A stretch of DNA of 23,715 bases from Candidatus Micrarchaeota archaeon (GTDB lineage Archaea; Micrarchaeota; Micrarchaeia; Norongarragalinales; SBBD01). Below are positions 7,428-17,916 of this stretch, piece after piece. The notes beneath the pieces were generated by a model. The model had not been told where the DNA came from. It made no database searches and saw only the letters and a list, made by a program, of their open reading frames with translations. The position numbers were made by a program, and so were the translations under genes. The stretch covers positions 1-23,715 of the forward strand of contig JBBSVW010000027.1 in NCBI GenBank assembly GCA_038046605.1. Direction: 5' to 3'. Each line of letters opens with the position of its first letter. The first letter of the stretch is position 1.

Positions 7428-9527
7428 TCATTTCTCATCGTAGAATTCCAAATACGGCCAAACCCACTGGCTCCAGAACTGCGCAGGGTTCCTAACAGGC
7501 ACGGGAGAAAGCAGATCGGCATTGGGGGCATAATTTTCGCCTTCCGGCAGGGCAAAAAGCTCATGGGAATAAAACATCGCCCCCTCCTCCATTTGATGCT
7601 TGAGGTTGCTTTCAAGGATTTCTGGCGCCCTAGAATCCTTAATCCGGGTTAGGAGCCTAAATAGGGCGGGGCTTTCCCTTGGCCAAATCACCGCCTCATG
7701 GTACTGCTCATCCCCAAGGAAAATGCGGTTTTTTGAGTTGCGGACAAGAATGCCAAAGAGCAATCGTTTCCGGTACACCAGGGATGTTTCGAATTTGGAA
7801 ATCAACTTGGAAATTTCCCCATCTGAAAAAAGCTCGGGCACAAGCGCCGCGGAGTAAATTGAGGCGCTGCATTGGAGATCGCTTTTTTCAAAGCTCAAAT
7901 CAACCATGTCGCAGGCCTTATCCGAAAAGAAAAACGACTTGAAATTAAGCGACGCAGCGGCCTCCATCGCGGAAAATTCCTGCGAAGGGTAAAGCGAATT
8001 GAAATCCCTAAGGAACCGGATCCAGAGGGCATTGATTTCAACTAGGTAATAGTTGGGTCCAAGCGCCCAACCCTTGAATTCCTCAAAATTTTGGGATTCG
8101 CGCAAATGTTTTTCAATCCAGCGTTCAGGCAGCCTGCAGGGAAGCAAAATGCCCCTCCCGAAATGCTCAGCGTGCTTTCTCGAATCGATCCACGAATAAT
8201 TTGCAGGGCAGGCAAGAAGGTAGTTTTCAAGGCGCAAACTCCCTTTCGAGAGGGATTGCAAAAAGGAACGGGCAAATTCCCGAAATTTCCTCGAGAATAC
8301 CTTGTCATCGGAATGCCGCAGGTACGATACCCCGCAAAGAAGGCAAAGCAGGGTAGCATCGGCGGAGGAATAGTCCGTATTTTCGCCGCCTTTTTCCGCG
8401 AGCTTGTTTGGGATAATGCCCTCCCTTTGCATGGATATGGCTGCCAGCAGGAAATTCCTAACCTGCAGCCTTTTCATTTTGTGGAAGATATCGAAATTCT
8501 CATAAATCCCAAGCAGGGCGTCCCGGAACCATATGTTCCTAAACCAGAATGCACCGGCATCGGGAGCAACCACATCTCCATTTGCGAATTCGAATGCCTC
8601 AAGAAGGCCATAAAGGCGGCCCAGTATGTCGCGATGCGCGCTTTGGGAAAGGGCGCTTTTTTTCCTAAGAGGGCGGAGGAATGTTTTTTCCAGGCGAGAC
8701 ACCTTGGCAATGATTTTTTTTTCGTCGTGCGCCTTAAGCTCCTTGGACGGGGAATTTTTTTTATTGCTGGAGGGATAGAATGAAATTGCCGCGCAGCCTT
8801 TTGGCATCAAAAGTGAAATTGTCCCCGGAATGAACAGCGTTCGTTCCTCGCCTTGGAATTTCAATTGCCCTTGCGCGATATGGCGGCTTCCGGAGCCTAA
8901 TTTGTAGAACCAGTGCTGGTGATTGGGCGCCTGGGAAAAAGAAGTGAAATTTTTACTGTGCAAAACCATGCCTTTGCCCTTCCGCTCAACCGCAAGCCCT
9001 TGGTGGATTTCCGAAATTTTGTAGCCGGATGGATCGGAAGGGGCGTACATATGGCGGATATCGAATAGGGCAAGGAGGTCAATGGATAGGCCCTTGCCAT
9101 GAATGCCGGAAACCGAGTATGTGATTTCAAGCATTGGCAATTTCGAAGAACGGTAGAGGTAATACTCCACCTCGAGGAGGGCGCCGGATAGCTCTTCTTT
9201 AAATCCGCCGGTTAGGGAGTAAGTGTAAAGCGCCTTCCATGGGAAGATGCGCACATTTTTTGGGATGGCGAGCAATGTTACGCCCCCATTTTTTATGCGG
9301 AATGCAACGCCATCAAGCAATTTCCAGTTTTCTTTTCCAAGTATTGCGCAAAAGCCCTCGTAGGGATAGTCGCGGTTTGGGATGGTGTATTCACCAAGGG
9401 CCACTGACGCTGCGCTTTGGGAAAATTCGGAATGCGAATTGCGGAGGATGGAGCGCACGCTCCTTGCAAATCCGAAATCCGGATTTTCCTTTGGATCCAA
9501 GTCAATGAAGAGGTTTTTTGGGTTCAT
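7428..9527 (-). CDS. Glycogen debranching enzyme / amylo-alpha-1,6-glucosidase (archaeal GDE_N + GDE_C type)
   Basis: DAGAFWFRNIWFRD, GIIPN, YSSADATL, SWID, VEINALW, YHEAVIWP, ELF, QFWS match the GDE C-terminal motifs (AG..WF...W.RD, TWMD, YHNGTVWPW, QAWS). Confidence 0.85.
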   Translation of the reverse strand: MNPKNLFIDLDPKENPDFGFARSVRSILRNSHSEFSQSAASVALGEYTIPNRDYPYEGFCAILGKENWKLLDGVAFRIKNGGVTLLAIPKNVRIFPWKALYTYSLTGGFKEELSGALLEVEYYLYRSSKLPMLEITYSVSGIHGKGLSIDLLALFDIRHMYAPSDPSGYKISEIHQGLAVERKGKGMVLHSKNFTSFSQAPNHQHWFYKLGSGSRHIAQGQLKFQGEERTLFIPGTISLLMPKGCAAISFYPSSNKKNSPSKELKAHDEKKIIAKVSRLEKTFLRPLRKKSALSQSAHRDILGRLYGLLEAFEFANGDVVAPDAGAFWFRNIWFRDALLGIYENFDIFHKMKRLQVRNFLLAAISMQREGIIPNKLAEKGGENTDYSSADATLLCLLCGVSYLRHSDDKVFSRKFREFARSFLQSLSKGSLRLENYLLACPANYSWIDSRKHAEHFGRGILLPCRLPERWIEKHLRESQNFEEFKGWALGPNYYLVEINALWIRFLRDFNSLYPSQEFSAMEAAASLNFKSFFFSDKACDMVDLSFEKSDLQCSASIYSAALVPELFSDGEISKLISKFETSLVYRKRLLFGILVRNSKNRIFLGDEQYHEAVIWPRESPALFRLLTRIKDSRAPEILESNLKHQMEEGAMFYSHELFALPEGENYAPNADLLSPVPVRNPAQFWSQWVWPYLEFYDEK

Positions 9528-9643
9528 ATAAAATAATTCAACTTAATGCTGCACGAATGGGTAAAGATGGCGCTGCTTCCGATTCGGCTTAAGAATCCAC
9601 ATTTGCAACCCATTTACCCGGAACGCAATTGTTTCCTTTTTTT

Positions 9644-9856
9644 CTATTGCCTAAGCTTGTATTTGTATAGCAGCGGAACCTCGCCAACGATGTCCAGTTT
9701 GCCCTCCCTGCCAAGCCAGCCAAGCCCCGCATAAACCTCCGAATCCGTAAGCTTGGTTTTGCGCTTTAGCTGCGCAATTGTCAGGGGCCCAAATTCATTC
9801 AGGCAGCTCCACACTATGCCCGATTTTGCGCCAAAATACTCCTCAACACCCACCAT
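9644..9856 (-). CDS. Small winged helix-turn-helix protein (DUF2582-like)
   Basis: 'FGAKSGIVWSCL...LTIAQLKRKTKL...VYAGLGWLGREGKL' matches the IG..AG.VW..L / ALGWLAREGKI pattern; AGGTGA RBS upstream. Confidence 0.85.
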   Translation of the reverse strand: MVGVEEYFGAKSGIVWSCLNEFGPLTIAQLKRKTKLTDSEVYAGLGWLGREGKLDIVGEVPLLYKYKLRQ

Positions 9857-9913
9857 CTTGCATCACCTGCAATTTTTTTTCAGATTAATTTTTTTACTGC
9901 TAATTATCCCTTA

Positions 9914-11458
9914 TCACCCCATTTCAAACCGCTCATAATTTGCCTGCGCATGGCCGTAGATTTCAAATACTTTTTGCACTATGAAATTCCAATCGAAGTA
10001 GCGCTGCGAAACCCGCTGCGATGCGCCCTTCGAGATTTTTCTCCTTAGGCGATCGTCCTTTAGGCAAATGGCAATGATGCGCGCAAGGTAGCCCGGGTTC
10101 ATGTCAAACCTATCCTCCTCCATGGGGACCTTGAAGCCGGAAGCGCCATTTTTCACAACCTCCGCCATGCCGCCGGTATCGCCAACAATTGCAACGGGAC
10201 CGGAAAGGCCGTTTAGTTCGCTTGCCAAATCCGCGGCAAAAACCTCCAGGGTGACAAGGCCAAATGGCTCGTAGAGGGAGGGGAGGGCAATCACATCTGA
10301 TGCGCAAAACATCCCCTTCTTAAGATCCTCGCCAAGCCAGCCATTGTAAATTATGGCATCGCGCTCCAGTTGGAGCTTTGTGATCATCCCAAAATAATTT
10401 GCATACTCATCATTGGATAGGTTTGAGGAAATCACAAGGCCCGCATTTATTTTCGTTGCGGATTTAAGAAGCGCAAATGCCGATATCAGGGCGTCAATGC
10501 CCTTGCGGTATTCCGCCCTGCCTATGAAGAGCACGTACTTGTCCTTTCCCGGAAGCGCTTTTTGGAGCACTTTCCTTCCCGCATCGATGTTTTCCTTTGT
10601 AACAGAGCGCCAGCTGTCAAGGATTATTCCATTTGTCAGGCCGGCTGCCGCATCTGTAACAACCTCAAGATCGGATCCTGCCTCGAAGAGGAGCATATCC
10701 TCAAATCGCTCCTCTTTCCAGAGCTGGTAGTCGAGCCATTTCCTTGTCCTAAAGGGCGAAAGGGCGCTTCGAAGCCGCTGCTTTGCGGGGAGCAGGTTGT
10801 AAAGCTCGAATTTTGCCTCGTGGACTGAAACCCCCTGGAGATAATCCGCCTCCTGCAAAGCCGCGGTTTCTATCAGGACGGGGGGGGCATCGAAATCCGG
10901 ATGGCCAAGGCTCCTCCCAAATTCCCCCGAATGGAACCTGCAATTGAGCGGCCGCTTGATTTTTTCCCTCGTAAGGAAGCCCGCCGGGAATGCGAGCCAA
11001 TCCTGCGCATCAATAAGGGCTATATCCTCCTTCTTTTGCTTTATTAGGAAATCCGCAAATTCGGGCACGGCCTTCCAGTAGGCATTTAGCATGCGGTAAT
11101 ATTCCCAAAAGGCCGCCTTGTCGGATTTGATGCGGTATTTTACCCACAGTTCGCCATGGAAGCGGTTCTTTTCCTCATCGGTTAGGGAGCTTTCGAGGAA
11201 GAGGCACTTGATCCCTCCGCGCATCCCCTCGTAAACAAGGGTTTTGGGGTGCTTTTCCATGAAATCGGAATACTCGGAGGAAAATCTTAGGTCGGAGAGC
11301 GGAACGGATGGGTCCCTAATCGAAATTGGCATGGGCTCGAAGGGCGCAGTTTTCCCTTCAAGGGCATTTTTCCAGGCGGAGAAAAGCTCAATGGAGTAGC
11401 GGTGAAGGCCGCCAACTGGCCTATGCAGCTCGGTTACAAGGAAGAGCACTTTTTTCAT
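9914..11458 (-). CDS. GT4 (GT-B) glycosyltransferase, glycogen-synthase-like
   Basis: ELHRPVGGL, AQDWL, FHSGEFGR, NGI, LFIGRAEYRKGID, PSLYEPFGLVTLE, TGGMAEVV. Confidence 0.85.
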   Translation of the reverse strand: MKKVLFLVTELHRPVGGLHRYSIELFSAWKNALEGKTAPFEPMPISIRDPSVPLSDLRFSSEYSDFMEKHPKTLVYEGMRGGIKCLFLESSLTDEEKNRFHGELWVKYRIKSDKAAFWEYYRMLNAYWKAVPEFADFLIKQKKEDIALIDAQDWLAFPAGFLTREKIKRPLNCRFHSGEFGRSLGHPDFDAPPVLIETAALQEADYLQGVSVHEAKFELYNLLPAKQRLRSALSPFRTRKWLDYQLWKEERFEDMLLFEAGSDLEVVTDAAAGLTNGIILDSWRSVTKENIDAGRKVLQKALPGKDKYVLFIGRAEYRKGIDALISAFALLKSATKINAGLVISSNLSNDEYANYFGMITKLQLERDAIIYNGWLGEDLKKGMFCASDVIALPSLYEPFGLVTLEVFAADLASELNGLSGPVAIVGDTGGMAEVVKNGASGFKVPMEEDRFDMNPGYLARIIAICLKDDRLRRKISKGASQRVSQRYFDWNFIVQKVFEIYGHAQANYERFEMG

Positions 11459-11490
11459 GTCGCATCAACCTACTGTTTTTCATTTCCTAA

Positions 11491-12882
11491 TTATTGAATA
11501 ATATTTGCAGCGGCGTTGGAAGGGATAGGCACTTCGCCCCCAATAATTCCACTATTTTCACCGTTGAATGGGCGAGTGGGATTTTCATCTTCCGCCCTGA
11601 ATTCTTTTTCCTCGAATGCGGATTTGATTTCGGCCATCCTTTTCTTGCCAAAAATGTTTGCCCGCTCGTTTTCCTGCCGCGTAAGTTCGTAGCCAACCTG
11701 GCGCTTGAAGTGCTGTAAGATGTTCATGTAATTTATGAAATTGTCATAAGGCGTGTTTTCCTTGTAGGGGGAAAAGTGCTTATGCACATCCCCATCCTGC
11801 CAGCTTTTTGTGCAAAGGTAGTAGAGATGATCCGAGGTCTGGAGGAGGCGGTAGGTATGGAGCAATTCGGGATTGTTGGCTAGGCGAACTTTTTCCCCAA
11901 GGGATTCGAGCTGGTTGAAACACGCCCATTGAATCTTGTTGCCAAGCCAGGCGGAAACGTCGCGCTCCAAATCCGCCCATGAGAGGTTGCTTGGGACATC
12001 GATTTCACCAACCTTATCAAACGCGGATAGGGTTTGCGAGCAGGTTTTGAATGAGAGGTTTTGGTATTTCAAGACTTCAGATGGCAAGTGGCGAAGGAAC
12101 GAGAGGATTCCGGTATCGTGCCAGTGGTGCTCGCCAAATGTCTCATAGTCCATGAAGAGGTTGATCGTATCGCCCTGCGCTTTTGAGAGCCAGGAAGCGT
12201 ATTTGTCCGCCGTCAGGGGCCATTCACTCCACCACTTGGCGGAAAAGCGATAGCCAATATCGTCGCTTAATTTGTAATTGCGCAAAAGAACGCCCAGGTT
12301 GCCGCCCTGGTTCTTGTAAACATAATTTGGCGACCTCCAGCCAAGCACCCATTCGATGCCTTCCGTAAGCATTCCCGAGTAACCCATGCCCTCGACAATT
12401 TTGGCGATCCTATTGGAATAAATCACCTCGGTATTCCGAAAAACCTTGGGAGTTTGATGGAATTCATCACGCAAAAGGGCGCTATGCATCTTCACCTGCT
12501 CCTCGAATTCCTCCGGATCGGAAAATAGGCTTGCAAGCGAATGGTAATAGGTTTCATCCAGGAATTCCACATTTCCAGTTGAGGCAAGTTGGCGGAAGGA
12601 ATCCAATACGTCCCTTCCGGGGGCGGTTTTTTTCGCCTGCTCAATGAAGGTCCCGGTTATGCTGTAATTTACCTTGAATGCACCGTAGTTTTCCTCGATT
12701 AGGCGAAGGAGAAGCTTGTTTGTTGGCTCATAGCATTTCGTTTTTGCCTTGTTGAAATAGTGCTCGTTCATCGGGGCGTTGAAGTAGTGCTCCAAAAGCG
12801 GCTTTCCACCCTCATGGAATAGGGAGAACTTGCCAAACCGGATGGGCTGGTGGACATGGAAGTACAGGCAAATTGATGGCAT
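11491..12882 (-). CDS. Glycoside hydrolase family 57 (alpha-amylase-like)
   Basis: GH57 regions HVHQP, ETYYHSL, FRNTE (nucleophile), MDYETFGEH (acid/base), LQTSDHLYY. ATG 12882 (MPSICLYF) preferred over TTG 12906. Confidence 0.93.
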   Translation of the reverse strand: MPSICLYFHVHQPIRFGKFSLFHEGGKPLLEHYFNAPMNEHYFNKAKTKCYEPTNKLLLRLIEENYGAFKVNYSITGTFIEQAKKTAPGRDVLDSFRQLASTGNVEFLDETYYHSLASLFSDPEEFEEQVKMHSALLRDEFHQTPKVFRNTEVIYSNRIAKIVEGMGYSGMLTEGIEWVLGWRSPNYVYKNQGGNLGVLLRNYKLSDDIGYRFSAKWWSEWPLTADKYASWLSKAQGDTINLFMDYETFGEHHWHDTGILSFLRHLPSEVLKYQNLSFKTCSQTLSAFDKVGEIDVPSNLSWADLERDVSAWLGNKIQWACFNQLESLGEKVRLANNPELLHTYRLLQTSDHLYYLCTKSWQDGDVHKHFSPYKENTPYDNFINYMNILQHFKRQVGYELTRQENERANIFGKKRMAEIKSAFEEKEFRAEDENPTRPFNGENSGIIGGEVPIPSNAAANIIQ

Positions 12883-12884
12883 GG

Positions 12885-13295
12885 TTATTTTTCGACCTTT
12901 TTCCAATTAATTGCAAGTGTAAGCGAGCACGCGACAATGTAGAGCCAGATGAATTGCATCAAAATCGAAAAGATTGCGAAGGGGATGCCGGATTGCAAAA
13001 GGGGGGTAAGCCCGTAGCTTTGCCATAGCAGGAACGAGGGGAAGCTTAGGATTATCAATGCCCAATAAAATACCCAAAATAAGGTGTCGGGCTTTAGCTG
13101 TGGGCTAACGGATAGGAATGCGAATGATATTCCAAGGAATAGGGTTAGGAGCAATAGGTAAATGCGTTTTTGCCTTGTGGGGGATAGGAATTGCCTAAGC
13201 CGGGATTGCCTTACAACCCCCTCAAATTCGGATTCGCCAAAGGATGGATGTGGGATTTTTGGTTTTTCCAAATTGCGCTTTATTTTTTGTTCCAT
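12885..13295 (-). CDS. Hypothetical membrane protein (~3 TM)
   Basis: 136-aa ORF packed between GT4 and GH57 on the same strand; three hydrophobic segments. Confidence 0.7.
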   Translation of the reverse strand: MEQKIKRNLEKPKIPHPSFGESEFEGVVRQSRLRQFLSPTRQKRIYLLLLTLFLGISFAFLSVSPQLKPDTLFWVFYWALIILSFPSFLLWQSYGLTPLLQSGIPFAIFSILMQFIWLYIVACSLTLAINWKKVEK

Positions 13296-13327
13296 ATATT
13301 TGACACGCCAATAATTTTTTAACGGGT

Positions 13328-14605
13328 TCAGCCCGTCCTTTCATTCATGATTTTTTCATAAACCAATTTTGTTTCTGCCGCGCATTTTTGCCAGTTGAAA
13401 TGCCCGGCCTCCTCCCTTGCGCCAGAAGAGAGCATTTCCCGAAGCTCGGCGTACCTTAGCACTGCAAGCATCTTGTTTGCCATCTCATCCACGTCCCAAA
13501 AATCAACGCGCAGGCAATGGTTTATGATTTCGGATACCCCGCAGCTTTTGCTTACAATTGCAGGGACGCCATTTGCCATTGCCTCAAGGACGGTTAGGCC
13601 AAAGGGCTCGGAAATGGATGGGAGCACATACGCATCCGCAATCGCATAAAGGTAGGGCAGCTTGGATTCCTCGGCATAGCCCGTGAACATCACATTATCA
13701 ATGATGCCCATGGAAATTGCCTCATTCACAAGCTGGGGAAGCATATCGCCCTTCCCGGAAATTATGAAGCGCACATCCGGATCCAATTCGAGCACCTTTT
13801 TTGCGGCCTTGAGGAAAAAATCGGGCCCTTTTTGGATGGAGAGGCGACCGTGGAAAAGGACGACTTTTCCGGTAATCCCAAATTGCTCCTTTTTCACCTG
13901 CGATTTGTATTTGGATAGGTCGATCCCGTTGTAAATTACTGTGATTTTTTCGGGTTTTGCGCCAAATCTTGAAACGAGCTGGTTTTTGGTCATGTTGCTG
14001 ACAGTGATCACATGGCTGGATTGCGCCATTGCATTGCGCTCAATAGCTAATATCCACTCAAATGGCGAAATGTTGGCGGTTCTGTCGTATTCGGTGCTAT
14101 GCATTGTGCCAATTGCGGGCCTGCCTATCCGTTTTGCGGCATCAAGGCCCGCCTTTGCGGTTATCCAGTCATGAAAATGAACGAGGCCGTATTTTTCCCT
14201 GCGGTTCTTTTGGGCAACGAGCTTTGCGACAAGGAAATTGTACCTTCCAACGGCTTCGAAGAAATTTAGGCCATAGCTTTCATCGGTTTTTGGGTCGTCG
14301 GTAATTGAGGGATCGCCATTTTTCGCATCACCAACCTTATTCTTCCCGCCGCCCATTTTAAGGAACTTGAAATAGGGGCCAAACTCGGCGTCCGTTAAAT
14401 CGATTTCACCAACAAATGCGGAATAATCAACCGGGATGATGCGGACATTTGGATGGGGGGAAATAATTGTTGTGCCGGAACTAGGCATATAGAAATCGAT
14501 TTTGACCCCAAGGTTGGCAAGCGCTTTTGTAAGTTCAAAGCAATGGACGCCAAGGCCTCCGCTAACAAAGGGGGGGAATTCCCAACCCAGCATTGCAACT
14601 CGCAT
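13328..14605 (-). CDS. GT4 glycosyltransferase (glycogen synthase-like)
   Basis: MLGWEFPPFVSGGLG, HFHDW, HSTEYDR, VIYNGID, GRLSIQKGP, PSISEPFGLTVLEAM; this type is usually found next to GH57 and GDE genes. Confidence 0.92.
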   Translation of the reverse strand: MRVAMLGWEFPPFVSGGLGVHCFELTKALANLGVKIDFYMPSSGTTIISPHPNVRIIPVDYSAFVGEIDLTDAEFGPYFKFLKMGGGKNKVGDAKNGDPSITDDPKTDESYGLNFFEAVGRYNFLVAKLVAQKNRREKYGLVHFHDWITAKAGLDAAKRIGRPAIGTMHSTEYDRTANISPFEWILAIERNAMAQSSHVITVSNMTKNQLVSRFGAKPEKITVIYNGIDLSKYKSQVKKEQFGITGKVVLFHGRLSIQKGPDFFLKAAKKVLELDPDVRFIISGKGDMLPQLVNEAISMGIIDNVMFTGYAEESKLPYLYAIADAYVLPSISEPFGLTVLEAMANGVPAIVSKSCGVSEIINHCLRVDFWDVDEMANKMLAVLRYAELREMLSSGAREEAGHFNWQKCAAETKLVYEKIMNERTG

Positions 14606-14949
14606 TATTTATCTACCGTATTCATGTTAAATTCCCGTCCAATTGGAAAAAACAGCTTAATTTGAGCTTGAATTTGGAAAAAAAGTTAAAATCCAGCTGC
14701 GTTTAACCATCGGAATAATAATGCAAAGCGGATTGAATCCATTTTTGCACTGTTTACTATTGTTATTTGGGGTATAAAAGAGTAAGGTATGCAAGAAATA
14801 CCGCCCTAAATCAGCCCGTAATTTACTACCAGTTTGGAGGGAAAAAATACGGGCAATCAGAAAATGAAGCGCATGGCTGAACATACAAAAGCCAGTCAGA
14901 TCCAGCATGCCATTTTGAACCCCCACTATTTTCCGCCAATAGTTTGCGA

Positions 14950-17916
14950 TTAGGGGGATAGGAAGATGGCGGGCTTTAGGGGAAGGGAACGCTGCGCTTT
15001 TCCTTGCGGATCGGCATCAATTGGAAGGTTTCCGGCTAAGTACGCCTCAACTTTGCATCCAAATCGATTTTCAAATAGTGGAAGGCTTTGGGAGAGCAGG
15101 GAAAACTCGTCAAATTCCGGGATTGCAACTGTTTTGTAATAATTTACTGATTTGCTGATTTGAAGAAGGAACTGGGGCACGAGTTTTGCATGGGGCTTGA
15201 ATTTTCCATCGGCCATTGCAAGCTTGATTAGGGAGGGCACATCGAATTTTCCATCGGCCTGCGCTTTATTCAAGGCGAGCTTGAAAAGACCGGTTTTCCA
15301 GCCTTCGCAGGCATAGAGGCGGATAAGCTTGGGGGAGGAACTTGTAATCTGGATGATGCGCGCTACATCGGATGCCACATTCTCAAGGTATTTTTCCCCC
15401 TCTTCCAAAGAGGCGTTGATTTTCGAGGGATCGGGTATGGGATAGGCTGCATCTGAACAATAACCCGTTTTCCCCATGATTTTCCAGGCCTCTTCTGAAA
15501 AATGCGGCGTGAAGGGGCAAAGCATCGGGATGATTCTTTCAAGGCAGCCCCTTACTAGCAAAACATCCGCATCTTCGCCCTTTGAATTGGCATATTGCCT
15601 AAGTGCCTCCACTCCCTTGAAAACAATTGCCTGGATTGCCGTGCGGAATTCCATTTTTTCCATTGCGGCGCTGGCAGATAGGAGGCTTGATTCGATGCGG
15701 CTTTGGAGAAGTTTTTCCTCCCTTCCAAATGCGGGTTGATTTGTTGGCAGGGGATTGCCATTCGAAATGGAGTCCAAATGGGCATTGGGCTTTTTTCCCC
15801 CCAATCCTTCCATGTTTTTTATTTTTTCCACCTGGCCTAAAATGAATTCAAGGCTGCGGTTGTAGGTTTTGATGCCCTCTTCGCGCCAGTTGGCATCATC
15901 GAGTCCTTCGCCGGCGGCGGTTATGTTTATGCGCACAAGATCGGCGCCGTATTCTGTGAGCATCTTGAAAATGGGCAGGAAATTCCCCTTGCTCTTGCTC
16001 ATCTTTTCCCCTTCGACTGTGACATAGCCATTGACGGAAATGGCCCTTGGTGAAAGTTGGGGGCCAAAAATGGCAACGTGGTGGAAGAGGAGGAAGAGGA
16101 GATGGTTTTGCAACAGGTCCTTTCCGGAATTGCGCAAATCAACGGGGTAGAAATAGGCAAATTCGGCTTTCATTTCGGAAATAATGGATGCGGGCAAACC
16201 GGAGCGTTTTGATATCCCATCCAAATCGCCAATTCCCAGGAAAATATAATCGAAAACTTCATCCGTTAGCTTTTCTGCCAGTATTCCCCACTCATTGATT
16301 GCCCTTGCAATTGTGTAGTAGGCCATGTAAATGGTGCTATCCGAAAGCGTTTCCACTTTCCATTCCTTATCCCACGGAAGCCTTGTGCCAAGCCCGCCTT
16401 TCCTTGCGCATGCCTTGTTTTGGAGCCAATCAATTGTGTTTTCCATCTGGAGCCGCGCATCATTTGGGAAAATCGGCATGGTTTTGAGATGGGATTTGAC
16501 GGCTTCTTTCCATTTAGGGTCTGAAAATTTCAAGAACCACTGGTTTTCAAGAATCTTCACATGGCATTTGGCCATGCAACGGCAGACCACATCCCCGGTG
16601 GATTCCCACATGGAGGAGGCGATTTTGAGTGATTTGAATTTGGCAATTATAGGATCCTTGGATTCTGAAATGGATTTGCCGGCAAACTCGCCAAACATCC
16701 CCTTCAAGATTCCCTTGTGGAATTCAAGCTTGTAGATTTGCGAGGTTGCCTCTACTAATTTTACGGCGTCTTTTTGGGAAGTAATCCCTAATTTTTTGCA
16801 CTCCTCGATAGCCGGGTAATTGCCATGGCCCTCAATTGAAATCAGTGAAATGGGGGTTATAGACGCAAGGAGGCTTTTGGATATCCCAAGCGATGCCAAT
16901 TCTCCTTCATTTTTCTTTTTCAAATCTTCAAGGGCAATGTAATCGTATGGCGCATGGGCAGGAACGCCCATTACAACCCCGGTTCCGGTGTTTGGGGATA
17001 CAAAGGATGCGGGGAGTATGGGGATTGGCGAATTCAGGAGGGAAATTTTGCATTTTTTTCCTATGAGGGATCTTGGGCCGATGGGAATGGCGCCCTCCAG
17101 AATGTGCTGCTGGTCTGAGAGCTTTAGGGCCGCATACTCTGAAACAACCCACATTTGCCCATCCACTTTCACTTTCACATATTTTTCATCCGGGTTAAGC
17201 CAAATGTTGGTTGCGCCGTAAGTTGTTTCGGGGCGCAAAGTTGCGCAGGGGAGAATTATTTTTTCGCCGTTAATTTCCGCCTCGAATTTGATTATGGTGT
17301 ATTCGATTGGGGATTCGCCCTCGCCGGTGTACCTATCGTGGTCGCCCGTTGGGGATTTGTCATGCGGGCACCAGATCACCGGATGCGTGCCTTGCACAAC
17401 ATAGCCCTTCTTCCTTAATGTATTGTACTGCCATTCGATGAAGCGCGAATATTGGGGGGTGAGATCGGTTGTGATGAATTTCCTTCGCCAGTCAATTGAT
17501 GCGCCGGCGGATTTGAGATCGGAAATCCATTTTTGCATCCAGAATTTGGCAACGTGCTCGGGGCCTTTTTTGAATCCCTCGATTTCGGAATTAGTGGCAC
17601 CGGCCTTCTTGAAATTTTCCACCTGCGCCAAATCGCCTTTGCGCAATCGTTCAACTGTTCCCATGATGGGTTCTCCGGTTGCATGGAAGCCCTGTGGGAA
17701 GAGCGTATTATAGCCCTGCATGCGCTTGAACCGGGCGTAAACATCAGTTCGGAAAAAAGAATAACTGTGCCCGACATGCATGGCGCCGTTCAAATAAGGG
17801 TAGGGGAAAGTAATGAGGAACTTTTTGCGCTTGGGATCCGGGTTTGCCTCGAAAATTTTGGCATTTTCCCATTCTGCTTGCCATTTCTTTTCGTTTGCAA
17901 CAAAATCAAAGGGCAT
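14950..17916 (-). CDS. leuS: Leucine--tRNA ligase (archaeal type)
   Basis: FPYPYLNGAMHVGH (HIGH), ATLRPET and GTGVVMGVPAHAPYD (CP1 editing domain), SGKDLLQNHL, KMSKSKGN, C-terminal PLKPAI. Confidence 0.97.
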   Translation of the reverse strand: MPFDFVANEKKWQAEWENAKIFEANPDPKRKKFLITFPYPYLNGAMHVGHSYSFFRTDVYARFKRMQGYNTLFPQGFHATGEPIMGTVERLRKGDLAQVENFKKAGATNSEIEGFKKGPEHVAKFWMQKWISDLKSAGASIDWRRKFITTDLTPQYSRFIEWQYNTLRKKGYVVQGTHPVIWCPHDKSPTGDHDRYTGEGESPIEYTIIKFEAEINGEKIILPCATLRPETTYGATNIWLNPDEKYVKVKVDGQMWVVSEYAALKLSDQQHILEGAIPIGPRSLIGKKCKISLLNSPIPILPASFVSPNTGTGVVMGVPAHAPYDYIALEDLKKKNEGELASLGISKSLLASITPISLISIEGHGNYPAIEECKKLGITSQKDAVKLVEATSQIYKLEFHKGILKGMFGEFAGKSISESKDPIIAKFKSLKIASSMWESTGDVVCRCMAKCHVKILENQWFLKFSDPKWKEAVKSHLKTMPIFPNDARLQMENTIDWLQNKACARKGGLGTRLPWDKEWKVETLSDSTIYMAYYTIARAINEWGILAEKLTDEVFDYIFLGIGDLDGISKRSGLPASIISEMKAEFAYFYPVDLRNSGKDLLQNHLLFLLFHHVAIFGPQLSPRAISVNGYVTVEGEKMSKSKGNFLPIFKMLTEYGADLVRINITAAGEGLDDANWREEGIKTYNRSLEFILGQVEKIKNMEGLGGKKPNAHLDSISNGNPLPTNQPAFGREEKLLQSRIESSLLSASAAMEKMEFRTAIQAIVFKGVEALRQYANSKGEDADVLLVRGCLERIIPMLCPFTPHFSEEAWKIMGKTGYCSDAAYPIPDPSKINASLEEGEKYLENVASDVARIIQITSSSPKLIRLYACEGWKTGLFKLALNKAQADGKFDVPSLIKLAMADGKFKPHAKLVPQFLLQISKSVNYYKTVAIPEFDEFSLLSQSLPLFENRFGCKVEAYLAGNLPIDADPQGKAQRSLPLKPAIFLSP

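Noticed and set aside
8091-8783. 230-aa + strand ORF (and similar antisense ORFs such as 3897-4532, 17533-17997, 19929-20390)
   Set aside because: Antisense to well-supported genes, with no motifs.
15728-15815. Low-complexity ~30-aa insert in LeuRS (GLGGKKPNAHLDSISNGNPLPTNQP); similar Gly-rich insert in RNase HII
   Set aside because: Appear to be variable surface loops; no intein termini or intron signature.
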